In this document: positions 1 to 11,457 of the stretch, in pieces | How positions within the stretch are numbered: position 1 is the first letter of the stretch | How the letters are laid out: every line of letters starts with the position of its first letter | DNA from: Phormidium sp. | Lineage (GTDB): Bacteria; Cyanobacteriota; Cyanobacteriia; Cyanobacteriales; Aerosakkonemataceae | Length of the DNA stretch: 64,000 nt | Direction: 5' to 3' | Assembly (NCBI GenBank): GCA_051013385.1 | Contig: CP143273.1 | Location: 256,001-320,000, forward strand | Program-made: the position numbers and the translations under genes | Notes under the pieces: model-generated | Seen by the model: only the letters and a program-made list of their open reading frames with translations | Database searches by the model: none | Told to the model about the DNA's origin: nothing

Positions 1-218
1 TCGGGATGGTAAGCAAGCGCCTCTTCTACTGATGCTACAATTGGTATATTGTGAGGAATTCCTGTTAGTTTGGGTAGAGATTCACCCGCCGATTCTTGGT
101 CGATTACTGCTACAATTGGCGATCGACTATAGCGTAAAAGTGCTAATCCCGTTTTGCCGTGAATGCCTTTGATTCCTTCATGAAGTAGAATGGCTAATTT
201 TTGGTTAGGTTGCAGCAT
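1..218 (-). CDS. DUF1611 domain protein, 5' part (runs off the window)
   Basis: Not in ORF track. Manual translation from ATG at 218: MLQPNQKLAILLHEGIKGIHGKTGLALLRYSRSPIVAVIDQESAG. This family is usually encoded next to dipeptide epimerases. Confidence 0.8.
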   Translation of the reverse strand, partial: MLQPNQKLAILLHEGIKGIHGKTGLALLRYSRSPIVAVIDQESAGESLPKLTGIPHNIPIVASVEEALAYHP

Positions 219-336
219 AGTTAATCGCTTTTATAAGTGAATTAATTACTCTATCTTTATACCAAATCTGCATTGAACACCCTTAGTCCGCGTAGGCAGA
301 CTTTGTTTGTGTAGACGCGGTTTGAACCGCCAATTC

Positions 337-792
337 TTATTTTTTCAAAACACTCCCAGAACACCTAACATAAGAAAATTTCGCATCTTCGGGATTATCA
401 AATGTTAATCCTTCACTGGCGTTAACGTTCCATTCTCCCTTCAAAGTGTTGCGGGTTAATTCGCGGATATCTACTACAGAACCTCCCATATTTGGGCCAT
501 CACCGATGATAATAGAATTGGGGTTTTGCGGAGATGTTACATAGATTCCTTGATAGGAACTTTGCCAACGTCCATTTTTTTTTTGCATCCAAATGTATTG
601 ACCTTTGCGGGTATAAATAAAACGACTTTGATTACACTGTCCCGGTTTACTCCATTCACCTATTAGCAAGTTTTGATTAATTTTTGTCATCGTTGCTAAG
701 CTTCCTTGAGTGAAAGTGAAAAATAAGAAAAACAGATAAATAAAAAGAGTTTCCAGAGGTTGACGACGAGAATTAAATAAAGGTTGCTGCAT
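337..792 (-). CDS. Hypothetical secreted protein
   Basis: 151-aa ORF with a hydrophobic N-terminal signal-like segment and a Cys pair; co-oriented between the epimerase and DUF1611 genes. Confidence 0.6.
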   Translation of the reverse strand: MQQPLFNSRRQPLETLFIYLFFLFFTFTQGSLATMTKINQNLLIGEWSKPGQCNQSRFIYTRKGQYIWMQKKNGRWQSSYQGIYVTSPQNPNSIIIGDGPNMGGSVVDIRELTRNTLKGEWNVNASEGLTFDNPEDAKFSYVRCSGSVLKK

Positions 793-809
793 AGTTTTTT
801 GCCCCGTGG

Positions 810-1865
810 TTAAGAAATTTCTTTACCCTCTGTTATTATCCCCAATCCTGGTAAATCATTGGGTAACAAACGTCCTTCTTTAATTATTGCACCTTTGAAA
901 GGATCGTCTAGTAAATTTAGGTGACTGTCTAAATCTAAATGATCTGCTAATGGCGCAAGGTGGGAAAGGGCGGTATTTGCTAGGGAACTATCAGAATAAC
1001 AGCCAAACATTACTTTTAATCCGCACGCTTTGGCTGTATTAATCATTCTCATCGCTTCAGTTAAACCGCCAGATTTCATCAATTTAATATTGATTCCATC
1101 AACTTTATCTGCTAAACTGGGAATGTCTTTACTGGTAAAACAACTTTCATCTACAAAGATGGGAAGCCGGGATTGTTGCTTTAGTTCTATTAAGGTTTTT
1201 TCTTCTCCTTTCTCTAAGGGTTGTTCTACATAAGTTACGCCATATTGAGCTAAGAAGTCACACATTTTTACCGCATCTTCTAAACTCCAACCGCCATTAG
1301 CATCGACGCTGAATTTTGCATTTGGTTCTTGTTGGTAAACGGCGGTGAACATGGCTTTATCTGCGGCGATTCCTTGAGGATTTCCCAGTTTGATTTTAAA
1401 TACTTTGGCATCGAGAAAGTTTACCCAGTCTCGCACTCTTTGTACCGCAGCTTCGGGGGTGTTGATGCCAACTGTGACGGAGGTGGGGACGATGTTATTA
1501 CAATCTAAACCCCACATTTTCCAGAGTGGTAAACCTGCCTTTTTTCCCATCCAATCATGTAACGCTACGTCTATTGCTGCACAAGCGGCGGAAGGTAATT
1601 TGGTTTCTCTGAAAACTTGTTCTATTTGTTGTCTTTCTGAAGGGTGAAATTGTTCTAATTTGGGGGCAATTTGTTGGAGTGTTTCTTGGAGAAAGGGGGT
1701 TTTTTGGGGGAAGTTGCCAATGGAAAATGGTGAAGCTTCTCCCCATCCGGTGATTCCTTCCTCTGCGATTTCTACCCAAATGTTTGTGGTTTGGGATGTT
1801 GTTCCTCTACTGATGGTTAAGGGGAAGCGTTTGTTTACGGTGAAGGTTTTGATTTGGATTTTCAT
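810..1865 (-). CDS. L-Ala-D/L-Glu dipeptide epimerase (enolase superfamily)
   Basis: KIKLG, DANGGW, EQP, DES, NIKLMK and DLD motifs. Confidence 0.9.
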   Translation of the reverse strand: MKIQIKTFTVNKRFPLTISRGTTSQTTNIWVEIAEEGITGWGEASPFSIGNFPQKTPFLQETLQQIAPKLEQFHPSERQQIEQVFRETKLPSAACAAIDVALHDWMGKKAGLPLWKMWGLDCNNIVPTSVTVGINTPEAAVQRVRDWVNFLDAKVFKIKLGNPQGIAADKAMFTAVYQQEPNAKFSVDANGGWSLEDAVKMCDFLAQYGVTYVEQPLEKGEEKTLIELKQQSRLPIFVDESCFTSKDIPSLADKVDGINIKLMKSGGLTEAMRMINTAKACGLKVMFGCYSDSSLANTALSHLAPLADHLDLDSHLNLLDDPFKGAIIKEGRLLPNDLPGLGIITEGKEIS

Positions 1866-1890
1866 GCGTTGATTGGGTTGGATTTTTGAA

Positions 1891-1929
1891 ACGCAGATGA
1901 ATGCGGATGAACGCGGATGAACGCAGATG
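1891..1929. repeat. Tandem 10-bp repeat (CGCAGATGAA-like)
   Basis: acgcagatga atgcggatga acgcggatga acgcagatg; related arrays near 4224-4365, 5885-5925 and 7645-7755. Confidence 0.8.
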
Positions 1930-1974
1930 TTTTTGTTAGTTTTGGGTGGGGATGCTGAGGTTTTTTATTTGGAA

Positions 1975-2799
1975 TTAAGAAGGGTTGTTTCCTAGTTCCC
2001 AGTCGTTTGTTACTTTTCCCCATTCTTGTAAATCTTGCAATCCTGAACCGTAAGTTAAGTCGTATTGTAAAGGGGTGATGGTGATATAATTTTTGCGGAT
2101 TGCTTCTACATCTGTGAGAATTTCTGGGGGTAAAAAAGGATGGGTTTGAGGTTCTATTTCTTCCTGTACTTCTCCGGTTAACCAATAGTAGGTTTTGCCA
2201 CGAGGATCGAGGCGTTTTTCAAATACATCAATGTAGCGACGTATTCCTTGGCGAGTGATTGCTACTCCTGCTATTTCTTCCCATTCTACAGGCGGTACGT
2301 TCACATTTAACAACATTAATTGTGGTAAGGGTTTTTTGGCTAAACGATCTAATAAAAGTTTGGCAAAATTCGCTGTAGGTTGAAAGTCTCGGTGGGTAAA
2401 ACTGGTGAGACTAAAAGCTATTCCGGGTATTCCTTCAATTACTCCTTCCATTGCAGCGGAAACTGTACCTGAATATAAAATATCTGTGCCTAAATTTGCA
2501 CCGTGATTGATGCCGGAAAGCACAAAGTCGGGAGGACTATCTAATAACGCCCAGATGCCTAATTTTACACAATCGGAAGGAGTTCCCGAACTTGCCCAAG
2601 CTTTTACCGAGGGATGAAAAACTGATTCTACCACTTCGGCGCGAATCGGATCGTGCAAGGTTAAACCATGTCCGGTTGCCGATCGCTCGCGGTCAGGACA
2701 TACTACACTAACATCATGGCCTGCCTCTGCCAAAGTATTGGCTAAGGTGCGGATGCCAAGTGCGAAAATACCGTCATCGTTACTGATTAAGAGTTTCAT
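1975..2799 (-). CDS. surE: 5'/3'-nucleotidase SurE
   Basis: [26 protein letters not shown] and YSGTVSAA motifs; start moved to the ATG at 2799. Confidence 0.95.
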   Translation of the reverse strand: MKLLISNDDGIFALGIRTLANTLAEAGHDVSVVCPDRERSATGHGLTLHDPIRAEVVESVFHPSVKAWASSGTPSDCVKLGIWALLDSPPDFVLSGINHGANLGTDILYSGTVSAAMEGVIEGIPGIAFSLTSFTHRDFQPTANFAKLLLDRLAKKPLPQLMLLNVNVPPVEWEEIAGVAITRQGIRRYIDVFEKRLDPRGKTYYWLTGEVQEEIEPQTHPFLPPEILTDVEAIRKNYITITPLQYDLTYGSGLQDLQEWGKVTNDWELGNNPS

Positions 2800-2851
2800 A
2801 TTCTGATTTTCAGAGATTATGAGCCTCGGATCAACCGCAGTTCTAAGAAAA

Positions 2852-3001
2852 TAGGACTTACGCACTGAACCCTAAAACCTAGATCCCCCCTAACCCCCCT
2901 TACCAAGGGGGGAATCTGTAAAGCCCCCTTGGTAAGGGGGTTGGGGGATCTGTAAAGCCCCCTTGGTAAGGGGGTTGGGGGATCTGAGTGCGTAAGTTCT
3001 A
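2852..3001. mobile_element. Small MITE/SDR-like element with terminal inverted repeats and internal GC-rich palindromes
   Basis: TAGGACTTACGCA...TGCGTAAGTTCTA termini enclosing repeated CCCCCTTGGTAAGGGGG hairpins; the same termini occur at 23215-23319. Confidence 0.7.
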
Positions 3002-3085
3002 AAAAAAGAGCGAAAATCTCTTAAACTGGTAGCGATAGGCTGTGTTTACCCACACCTTTCCCCTTCTGTTTGACAATAGATTAGC

Positions 3086-4090
3086 ATGACGAATCAGCCG
3101 AATGAATTAGAGGCAAAACTAACAGCGTTAAAAGTTGACGCGCAAAAAGCGATCGCCGCTGTTAATACTTTACCCCAACTCGAAGAATTGCGAGTTGCCT
3201 ATTTAGGTAAAAAAGGTCAACTTTCCCAAATTTTAGGCGGTTTGGGTAAACTTTCCCCAGAAGAACGTCCGAAAATTGGCGCATTAGCGAACGAAGTTAA
3301 AGAAGCTTTGCAAACTGCTTTAGAAAGTCAGAAATCATCTTTACAAGCAGCTGAAATTCAAGCGCGACTGGAAGCAGAAACTATTGATGTAACAATGCCT
3401 GCGGTTTTCCGTCCCCAAGGTCGAGTGCATCCGATTAATAGTACTATTGATAGGGCGATCGATATTTTCGTCGGTATGGGCTACACTGTAGAAACTGGCC
3501 CTGAAATGGAAACCGATTACTATAATTTTGAAGCATTAAATTTCCTCCCAGATCACCCCGCCCGTGATATGCAGGATACTCTCTATTTACCTGATGGAAA
3601 TTTGTTGCGAACTCACACTTCTAACATTCAAATTCATTATATGGAAGAGAATGATCCACCAATCAGAGTAATCGCGCCTGGGCGTTGTTATCGGCGGGAT
3701 ACTGTTGACGCTACCCACACCGCAGTTTTCCACCAAATTGAGTTTTTTGCAGTTGATGAAAACTTAACTTTCACTGATTTGAAAGGTACAATCAAAGAGT
3801 TTTTGCATCAAATGTTTGGCGAAGAAATGGAAATTCGTTTCCGCGCCAGTTATTTCCCTTTTACTGAACCTTCCGCCGAAGTTGATATGCGATGGAAAGG
3901 TAAATGGTTGGAAATTATGGGTTGTGGAATGATCGATCCGAATGTGATCAAATCTGTCGGTTACGATCCTGAAACTTACACAGGTTTTGCCGCAGGTTTT
4001 GGTGTAGAAAGAGTCGCTTTACTGTTGCACCAACTTGATGATATTCGCCGTTTATATAGTAGCGATTTGCGCTTTTTGCGGCAGTTTTAA
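3086..4090 (+). CDS. pheS: Phenylalanine-tRNA ligase alpha subunit
   Basis: [24 protein letters not shown] and [10 protein letters not shown] motifs. Confidence 0.97.
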   Translation: MTNQPNELEAKLTALKVDAQKAIAAVNTLPQLEELRVAYLGKKGQLSQILGGLGKLSPEERPKIGALANEVKEALQTALESQKSSLQAAEIQARLEAETIDVTMPAVFRPQGRVHPINSTIDRAIDIFVGMGYTVETGPEMETDYYNFEALNFLPDHPARDMQDTLYLPDGNLLRTHTSNIQIHYMEENDPPIRVIAPGRCYRRDTVDATHTAVFHQIEFFAVDENLTFTDLKGTIKEFLHQMFGEEMEIRFRASYFPFTEPSAEVDMRWKGKWLEIMGCGMIDPNVIKSVGYDPETYTGFAAGFGVERVALLLHQLDDIRRLYSSDLRFLRQF

Positions 4091-4223
4091 AAAGTTACTA
4101 CCTTAAGTAAGGGCGGGTTTTGTTGTGAGGTTATTTGTGGGAAACCAAAATTATTTGCTAAACCCGCCCCTACAAGTAGACTGAAATCATATACCATCGG
4201 TTGTGCAAAAACTATCTATAAAA

Positions 4224-4365
4224 TATCTGTGTTCATCTGTGTTCATCTGTGTTTCATCTGTGGTAAAAAATTAGATATGATTCCCAGCGCAAGACTTATA
4301 TGATATGAAATCTAGGATTTTTTTAACCACAGATATCCACAGATAAACACAGATGAACACAGATG
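4224..4365. repeat. Two inverted arrays of ATCTGTGTTC tandem repeats
   Basis: (atctgtgttc)n at about 4224-4263 and (acacagatga)-type repeats at about 4327-4365, between convergent pheS and recQ. Confidence 0.75.
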
Positions 4366-4439
4366 TAGATATAGATTGTTGGCTGGGATGGAAAAGTCCG
4401 CGCAGGCGGACTTCGTTTGTATAGCCGCGACTTTAGTCG

Positions 4440-5897
4440 TTAGGCTTTCCGACAATTATCACAATGTCCACATTTCATCTTTTCCGCTTCTTGGGAAAAG
4501 CCAAAAGCGGTTAACAGAAATTGCCAGCGACATTGGCGCGTTTGCAAATATTTCTCCATCTGTTTCGCTGCGTCGAATTGATGAGAACTTTGGCTTTTTT
4601 CCCCTGCTTTAATGCTATAATTAAAAGGGTCAAGCCATGATAATTGATTCATACTGTGTAACAAAGATAAAGCTATTGGTGCTTCGGGAAATTTGCGGGA
4701 AATATCATTAATATTGCCTTGTTTGGGTAGTTTGTTTAATAGTTGTTGGGCTTCTCTTTGTTGCGATCGCATTTTCCCCTCAAAAAACTCCCGTCTTTGC
4801 TTATCCCCATTATCTAAAAATCCCGTCGGTTCACTCATTAATAATAACGCTTGGGAAACTTTCCCATCTCTCCCCGCCCGTCCGATTTCTTGCACATATT
4901 CCGAGAGTAATAATGGTGGTTGAAAATGGATTACCCACCTGACATACGGTTTATTTATCCCCATTCCAAAGGCGGAAGTACAAATGACAAAAGGTACGTT
5001 TCCCGAAATCCAATCTCTTTCAATTTCTCGGCGTTCTTGGGGATGTAAACCTGCGTGATAAGCTGCGGTTGTGCAACCTTTTTTTCCCAACCATTCAGCA
5101 AGTTCTTCGCTATCTTTACGAGTTCGCACATATACTAAACCCGCTTGTTTTGGTCTAGCTTGAATAAATTTTAGCAGTCTATGTTTCCGTCCGCAAGGTG
5201 TCCAAGCAATTTGAACTTTTAAGTTTAGATTATCACGATAAGGGTTGAGACGGAAAATTTCTGGTTGTTGTAATTGTAATACGTTTTGAATAGTTTTTTG
5301 GGCGGAAGGATCGGCCGTTGCGGTGAAAGCTGCGATCGCCATTTTACTCCCCGCTGGTTTATCCTTAAGTAAAGCATCTCTTACCGTTCCCAACCGTCGA
5401 TAAGCTGGGCGAAAAGTATCACCCCATTGCACCAAACAATGTGCTTCATCTAATATCAACCCATTAATTTTTAACTGTGGTTGCGCTAACCGTTCCCAAA
5501 CAGGTTTACTCAGCAAAGTTTCAGGAGAAACATACAATAACCTTAACCTTTGTTGTTCTAAAGCTGCTAAAATCCGCTTGCGTTCTCCAGTGGATAACTC
5601 ACTATGTAAAAGTGCTGCGGGTAACTTCCGCTGACGCAACTCCTGCACCTGATTTTCCATCAAAGCTACCAAAGGCGAAACCACTAAAGTTAACCCAGTT
5701 TGTAGCAAAGCGGGAAGCTGAAAACAAATCGATTTTCCCCCACCAGTGGGCATAATAATCATTGCATCTTTCCGTTCCAATAAGCAACGAATCACCTCCC
5801 CTTGTGGCGGACGAAAATCATCATAACCCCAAATCTTTTGGAAAGTTTCCCTAACCTTTTCCCAAGACATAGAATCAGAAAAATCATCTGCGTTCAT
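4440..5897 (-). CDS. recQ: RecQ-family ATP-dependent DNA helicase (short form)
   Basis: MPTGGGKS, DEAH, TATA, QEIGRAGRDG and C-terminal Zn motif CR...CGHCDNC; true start may be a downstream Met. Confidence 0.93.
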   Translation of the reverse strand: MNADDFSDSMSWEKVRETFQKIWGYDDFRPPQGEVIRCLLERKDAMIIMPTGGGKSICFQLPALLQTGLTLVVSPLVALMENQVQELRQRKLPAALLHSELSTGERKRILAALEQQRLRLLYVSPETLLSKPVWERLAQPQLKINGLILDEAHCLVQWGDTFRPAYRRLGTVRDALLKDKPAGSKMAIAAFTATADPSAQKTIQNVLQLQQPEIFRLNPYRDNLNLKVQIAWTPCGRKHRLLKFIQARPKQAGLVYVRTRKDSEELAEWLGKKGCTTAAYHAGLHPQERREIERDWISGNVPFVICTSAFGMGINKPYVRWVIHFQPPLLLSEYVQEIGRAGRDGKVSQALLLMSEPTGFLDNGDKQRREFFEGKMRSQQREAQQLLNKLPKQGNINDISRKFPEAPIALSLLHSMNQLSWLDPFNYSIKAGEKSQSSHQFDAAKQMEKYLQTRQCRWQFLLTAFGFSQEAEKMKCGHCDNCRKA

Positions 5898-5976
5898 CTG
5901 CGTTCATCTGCATTCATCTGCGTTCTAAAAATAATATATAATGAAACTTACCATTCCCACTTTTTCTTAAGCAAAA

Positions 5977-6420
5977 ATGAATGAAAATTTAAAAACCCGA
6001 TTTTCCATCAGCACAGACAAAGAGAAATTGAACCTAGAAACAATTCACAAGTTCCTAAACAGCACCTATTGGGCGGAAAATATACCTTTATCAGTTGTGC
6101 AAAAATGTATTGACAACTCTTTTTGTTTTGGAGTTTATGAAGGTGATAAACAAGTAGGATTTGGTAGATTAATTACAGATTATGCGACTTTTGCTTATTT
6201 TTCTGATGTGTTTATTTTAGAAGAATATCGCGGTTTAGGTTTGGGTAAATGGTTAGTTGAAACAATGTTACAGCATTCCGAAGTGCAAGGTTTACGCCGA
6301 TGGTTGTTAGTGACGAAAGATGCACAGGAACTTTATCGACAATTTGGGTTTCAAGAGGTGAAAAGTTCTGATTCCTTTGCGTTTATGGAAATTTTTCGAG
6401 GGGATGTTTATCAGCGGTGA
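5977..6420 (+). CDS. GNAT family N-acetyltransferase
   Basis: DVFILEEYRGLGLGK acetyl-CoA binding motif. Confidence 0.9.
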   Translation: MNENLKTRFSISTDKEKLNLETIHKFLNSTYWAENIPLSVVQKCIDNSFCFGVYEGDKQVGFGRLITDYATFAYFSDVFILEEYRGLGLGKWLVETMLQHSEVQGLRRWLLVTKDAQELYRQFGFQEVKSSDSFAFMEIFRGDVYQR

Positions 6421-6433
6421 ATTAATAGCAAAA

Positions 6434-6727
6434 TTACTTTAATTGAATGTTATCATACCAAGTATTGTCACCTCTCCACCGAGCGAAAACATCACGATTT
6501 TTGCCTTCAATATCAGTTTTAAACCTTACTTCTAATTCCTCTATTTCAGATTTCGACTCCTTGATTCGTTTTTCAACTATATAGTCTAACTTGTCTGCCA
6601 AGGGAGCTAATTTTTCGTTGAACAAGCGATCGATCTCTCGCCCACTTGATTTAATAAAATCCTGTGAAACATCCCTAGCGGCACGTTCAAAATTTTTAAC
6701 CAAACCTCCAAAGATCCATCCCAGCAT
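6434..6727 (-). CDS. Hypothetical coiled-coil protein, possibly truncated
   Basis: 97-aa ORF with a helical, charged sequence; no recognised motif. Confidence 0.45.
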   Translation of the reverse strand: MLGWIFGGLVKNFERAARDVSQDFIKSSGREIDRLFNEKLAPLADKLDYIVEKRIKESKSEIEELEVRFKTDIEGKNRDVFARWRGDNTWYDNIQLK

Positions 6728-6968
6728 TTTGCCTAATCCTTGTAAGCTTATAATTAAAAATTTTACCTAGTAACTAGTCAATTAAAGAAGTAGCTAATTG
6801 TTAAAATATTCTGATGATTTTCTAGCCGCGTTAGCAGATTTCTGTTAACGCGACTAAATACATTGTTTCTAACATAAATAAAAAATAAGTTAAACTTCCG
6901 AAACTTAAATATCTCGGAAGTTATTATTTTAATTATTGCAATTAGTCAATTAGACCATAGAAGGGCGA

Positions 6969-7241
6969 TCAAACTGAACTAACAAAAGTTACAGCCCGCA
7001 GTTCTTCTTGAAAAATCCGGCGTACTGTATCTTCATCTAAGGGGAGTTTGGCTTGATCAAGATATTGTCGTAACGCTTGATTGATCATTGTTTGATAACC
7101 TTTCCCTTCAGCGTCTCCTTTTTGTCTAAACGCTTCCAGAATATCATTATCAATATAAATGGTAATGCGAGTTTTACCTTCTTGTGGGATGATTGCACCC
7201 CGTTTAGCCTGATCAAAATCATATTCCGGTTTCATATTCAC
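6969..7241 (-). CDS. brnA: BrnA-family antitoxin
   Basis: EYDF...KTRITIYIDNDILEAFR...GYQTMINQALR; overlaps the upstream toxin gene. Confidence 0.85.
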   Translation of the reverse strand: MNMKPEYDFDQAKRGAIIPQEGKTRITIYIDNDILEAFRQKGDAEGKGYQTMINQALRQYLDQAKLPLDEDTVRRIFQEELRAVTFVSSV

Positions 7242-7491
7242 GTCTCTCCTTAGAAGTAGCAGGACGGGCAGAAATTAAGCGAATGTTATCACCTCGATAG
7301 GTATAGACTACCACTAGCAACCGCCAAAGGTGATCCATCCCCATAACAATAAATCGCTGTTCACCTTTTGCCGATCGATCTTCAAAAGAAAGTGCATAAG
7401 GATCGAACAACACAGCCTCAGCATCAGAAAAACTTACTCCGTGTTTTTGTAAATTGCTTTTAGCTTTTTCAGGATTCCATTCAACTGGCAT
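7219..7491 (-). CDS. brnT: BrnT-family ribonuclease toxin
   Basis: EWNPEKAKSNLQKHGVSF...IRLISARPAT..ERREY. Confidence 0.9.
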   Translation of the reverse strand: MPVEWNPEKAKSNLQKHGVSFSDAEAVLFDPYALSFEDRSAKGEQRFIVMGMDHLWRLLVVVYTYRGDNIRLISARPATSKERREYETGI

Positions 7492-7811
7492 ACATATATT
7501 ATATGTATGTGTGAGAATTATGTCTAAATTTATTTAGGGTTTGCTGAATAATTTATCTGTGAGAGGTAGGAGTTCTAGATCGATCGCACCACTAAAACAT
7601 AATTCAAAACCCTGCATTCACCCAACAAAAAAGTTAAATCTACCATCTGCGTTCATCCGCTTTCATCTGCGTACTAAAAAAAGAACTCAGGCAAAAACCG
7701 ATAACTTACATCTACCATCTGTGTTCATCTGTGTTCATCTGTGGACATCTGTGGTAAAAAAAAGCACGAAAGGAAACCTCCCTCCGTGCCCAAAAATTAA
7801 CCTTTCAAAAC

Positions 7812-9431
7812 CTAAACAGAAGCAGCAGCAGAAGTATTTCCCTCAGCTTTACCAGCTTCCTCCTGCTTTTTCAACGCCGCATAAAGACGATTCAAAGCAT
7901 TAACATAAGCTTGAGCAGAAGCGACAATAATATCAGTATTTGCCGAATGACCAGAGAAAATCCGATCGCCATACTTCAACCGAATAGTAACTTCCCCGAT
8001 CGCATCAATACCCGCAGTCACCGACTGAACAGAAAACTCAATTAACTGATTCGGAACATTTACCACCCGATTAATTGCCTTATAAACCGCATCAACAGGG
8101 CCAGTACCGATCGCCGCATCAGTCAACTCTTCCCCTTCAGGAGTTCGCAAAGTTACTGTTGCCGTTGGACAAGCATTACTACCACAAGAAACCTGTACTA
8201 ATTCTACTCGGAAAAGCTCAGGTGCTTGTTGAATTTCATCATTAACAATTGCTTCCAAATCCCAATCAGAAATCTCTTTCTTCTTGTCAGCAACTTCCTT
8301 AAACTTGATGAAAGCTTTGTTTAAATCACCTTCCAAAAGTTCAAAACCCAACTCTTTCAACCGTGCCCCAAAAGCATGACGACCGGAATGTTTACCCAAC
8401 ACAATTTGATTGTTATTTAAACCAATCAATTGGGCATCCATAATTTCGTAGGTGAGTTTATTTTTCAACACCCCATCTTGGTGAATGCCAGATTCATGGG
8501 CAAAAGCATTCGCCCCTACGATCGCTTTATTCGGTTGCACCAACATCCCAGTTAAATTAGAAACTAACCGCGATGTTTTGTAAATTTGCTGAGTGTCAAT
8601 ATTAGTTAATGATTCTTCCGAATCAACTGGACGACCCAAGTAAGGATTGTAATATTGTCTCCTGACATGAAGCGCCATAACTAACTCTTCTAAAGCAGCA
8701 TTTCCCGCCCGTTCACCAATACCATTAATAGTGCATTCTAATTGTCTGGCACCATTTTTTACTGCTTCCAAAAAGTTAGCAACTGCTAACCCTAAATCAT
8801 TGTGTCCGTGAACGGAAATAATCGCTCGATCGATGTTGGGAACGTTTTCTTTTATCCCCTTAATTATCGCCCCAAATTCAGCGGGTGTAGTGTACCCAAC
8901 GGTGTCAGGAATGTTAACTGTAGTTGCGCCAGCTGCGATCGCCGCCTCCAACACCTGATACAAAAATTCGGGATCGCTTCGTCCTGCATCTTCCGGGGAG
9001 AATTCCACATCATCCACAAAGGATTTAGCATAAGCAACCATTTCTTCAGCAATCGCTAAAACTTCCGATCGCGTTTTTTTCAACTTATATTGCAAGTGAA
9101 TATCGGAAGTAGCAATAAAGGTGTGAATTCGCGGTTTAGCAGCAGGTTTTAAAGCTTCCGCAGCGGTTTGAATATCCTTTTTCACCGCCCTAGCTAAACT
9201 ACAAATAGTCGGCCCATCTGGAGTTCCTACAGTTTGGGCAATTCGATTTACCGCCTCAAAATCTCCCGGACTCGCTACCGCAAATCCCGCTTCAATAATA
9301 TCGACTCCCAAACGTGCTAATTGTTTAGCAATCAACAATTTTTCATCTACGTTTAAAGTCGCGCCAGGGCACTGTTCGCCATCGCGCAAAGTGGTATCGA
9401 AGATAATAATCCGATCGGGTTTTGGGTTCAT
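7812..9431 (-). CDS. leuA: 2-isopropylmalate synthase
   Basis: [31 protein letters not shown] and a C-terminal regulatory domain (GTGPVDA). Confidence 0.97.
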   Translation of the reverse strand: MNPKPDRIIIFDTTLRDGEQCPGATLNVDEKLLIAKQLARLGVDIIEAGFAVASPGDFEAVNRIAQTVGTPDGPTICSLARAVKKDIQTAAEALKPAAKPRIHTFIATSDIHLQYKLKKTRSEVLAIAEEMVAYAKSFVDDVEFSPEDAGRSDPEFLYQVLEAAIAAGATTVNIPDTVGYTTPAEFGAIIKGIKENVPNIDRAIISVHGHNDLGLAVANFLEAVKNGARQLECTINGIGERAGNAALEELVMALHVRRQYYNPYLGRPVDSEESLTNIDTQQIYKTSRLVSNLTGMLVQPNKAIVGANAFAHESGIHQDGVLKNKLTYEIMDAQLIGLNNNQIVLGKHSGRHAFGARLKELGFELLEGDLNKAFIKFKEVADKKKEISDWDLEAIVNDEIQQAPELFRVELVQVSCGSNACPTATVTLRTPEGEELTDAAIGTGPVDAVYKAINRVVNVPNQLIEFSVQSVTAGIDAIGEVTIRLKYGDRIFSGHSANTDIIVASAQAYVNALNRLYAALKKQEEAGKAEGNTSAAASV

Positions 9432-9487
9432 TTTTTCAGCCTCCTATAACTGAAAATCATTGAAACTTAAAACTTTTTCCTCACTTA

Positions 9488-9611
9488 AGCTGTTACGCAT
9501 TTAAATCACTTATTAACGAGTAGGGTGCGTCAGAGGGTAAAGCCTTATATAGAAAGGAAAATATCTAAATCTGACGCACCCTACCATAAGACTTTTAAAT
9601 GCGTAACAGCT
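9488..9611. mobile_element. Small inverted-repeat element
   Basis: Perfect 18-bp IR AGCTGTTACGCATTTAAA/TTTAAATGCGTAACAGCT enclosing an inner IR TAGGGTGCGTCAG/CTGACGCACCCTA. Confidence 0.7.
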
Positions 9612-9741
9612 GATCATTTGGGAATAAGTAATAGGTAACTGACTTTTGGCAAGCAACTACCATCCACCAATTACCTATTACTTTTTTAACCATTCATTCT
9701 TGACCTAGAGGTAACATCTATTACTAATTAGCGTGCCAACA

Positions 9742-10260
9742 TTAATAATCGATTTTCTCAATGTGTGCGCGAATATCATTTAGGTCGATGTATCTATCTG
9801 TGGCATTACGTAATTCTCTAGCAATCATTCCTTCAGTAGAAACTACTGTGATATGAGTATTTTTTGAGCGGAGAAGTTCGATCGCACGTTCAAAATCTCC
9901 ATCTCCACTAAATAAAACCACTTGATCGTATTGATCGACGGTATTGAACATATCAACAACGATTTCTATATCTAAATTAGCCTTTTGTGAATATCTACCA
10001 GAACTATCGTCGTAATACTCTTTAAGAATCTTAGTCCGAACTGTGTAACCTAAACTGATTAACGCATCCCTGAATCCTCTTTGATCTTGCGGATCTTTTA
10101 ATCCTGTATACCAAAAAGCATTGATTAGATTTATATCTGGATCGTTAGTGAAATACTGCAAAACGCGACGGGGATCGAAAAACCAACCATTTTTTTGTTG
10201 GGCGTAGAACATATTGTTCCCGTCTACAAAAATAGAAAGACGGTTCTTGGAATTAGCCAT
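9742..10260 (-). CDS. NYN-domain (LabA/DUF88-like) protein
   Basis: IFVDGNNMFY, KANLDIE and LFSGDGDF motifs. Confidence 0.9.
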   Translation of the reverse strand: MANSKNRLSIFVDGNNMFYAQQKNGWFFDPRRVLQYFTNDPDINLINAFWYTGLKDPQDQRGFRDALISLGYTVRTKILKEYYDDSSGRYSQKANLDIEIVVDMFNTVDQYDQVVLFSGDGDFERAIELLRSKNTHITVVSTEGMIARELRNATDRYIDLNDIRAHIEKIDY

Positions 10261-11457
10261 AGAAACTTACTGCTAAAATTTGTAGAAAACTATTTAAGTG
10301 GAATACTCAATTATAGCAACTCTGCCTAACCAAAGTTAATAAGAAGTCTTTTACTAGCTAGTCAAACCTTTATTTATACTTCTTCAAGCTTAGAAATTGT
10401 CTATATAATCGAGCTTCAAACGAGCGGATTGACTTCCATAGAGTGTACTAGGGACTGCTCATCCTATTTTCACTCTACTTTACTAAATTTATTGAGTTGA
10501 TTGCTTTTTAGCCTTCATCTTAGTCCATATTTTCCTCCCCCAGTAAATTTACTGAAATTTGTTTGATCTCTAGCCTAGCTCTATGAGAGCCGAATCGCCT
10601 GGGATCACCTGTTTTAGCATTTTAACTCTGCTGAGCTAATTCTACTAACTAGGCTACTTGACAAAAAATATATTTTACCTACTTGTTTAACAATCAGGGT
10701 AAGTTAGTCGTTTTCCATCAGTTACTTCCTCTTAACATTTCTAAGTAATACTAGCCTAGCGATGTTTCACCACAACTACAGGTTTGTGTATGTAGTCAGG
10801 TTAGGACAGAAGGTGTACCAAGGTCAAGAAGCCAAACTATTCATTTCTAAGTATGACAGGAGGGATATAAGTTAAGTTTCCACTGCTATTGGCTTTTATG
10901 ACTATCCTATCTGAGTTTGAAATAATGTAACTATTTAAGTTACTTTTTGGAAAATTTCAGTGGGGCTTCACTAATTTAAGTAAACGTCGATACTAGAAAA
11001 TTAGTTACACTGCTGTTCTAATTTTGAGTTATCATTAAAATTCCTTGGTAAGGGTTGCAATAAATTTAAGTTTTATGTCCGATAATCAAACTGATACTAC
11101 AATCAATCAGGAGAAAACAAATTGCCAGGATTCCGGTTCGATAAATTCCCGATCGCCACAAGTTATCCCGCTCTTTTGTATAAAAAAACACAAAAATTTT
11201 AGCAAAGGATATGGGAGATAAAGTTCCGATCGCAGTTATACTAAGCAGAGAGTTAATTTTTCTAAAGATCTGGGAACAAAATCCAGAATTTACCTTTTGC
11301 TCATCACAGCCAAAAAGTCTGATTAGTTAAGTGAAGCAAAATATACCTGTGGTAATAAAGAAATAAAGAGCCAAGTAGCTATTCTAAATAAGGAATAAAC
11401 AAATAAAATTGAAAACTTACAGATAATAAATACTCAACACAAGATGAGAGGTAAGAT

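Noticed and set aside
1891..7756. CRISPR array
   Set aside because: Repeats are 10-bp tandem units without spacers, and no cas genes are present.
7541..7903. 120-aa plus-strand ORF
   Set aside because: Built from the ATCTG tandem repeats and the antisense of the leuA 3' end.
10261..11457. ncRNA or NtcA site in the 1.2-kb intergenic region
   Set aside because: No recognisable RNA family; the GTAAC...GTTAC palindrome near 10927 has the wrong spacing for GTA-N8-TAC.
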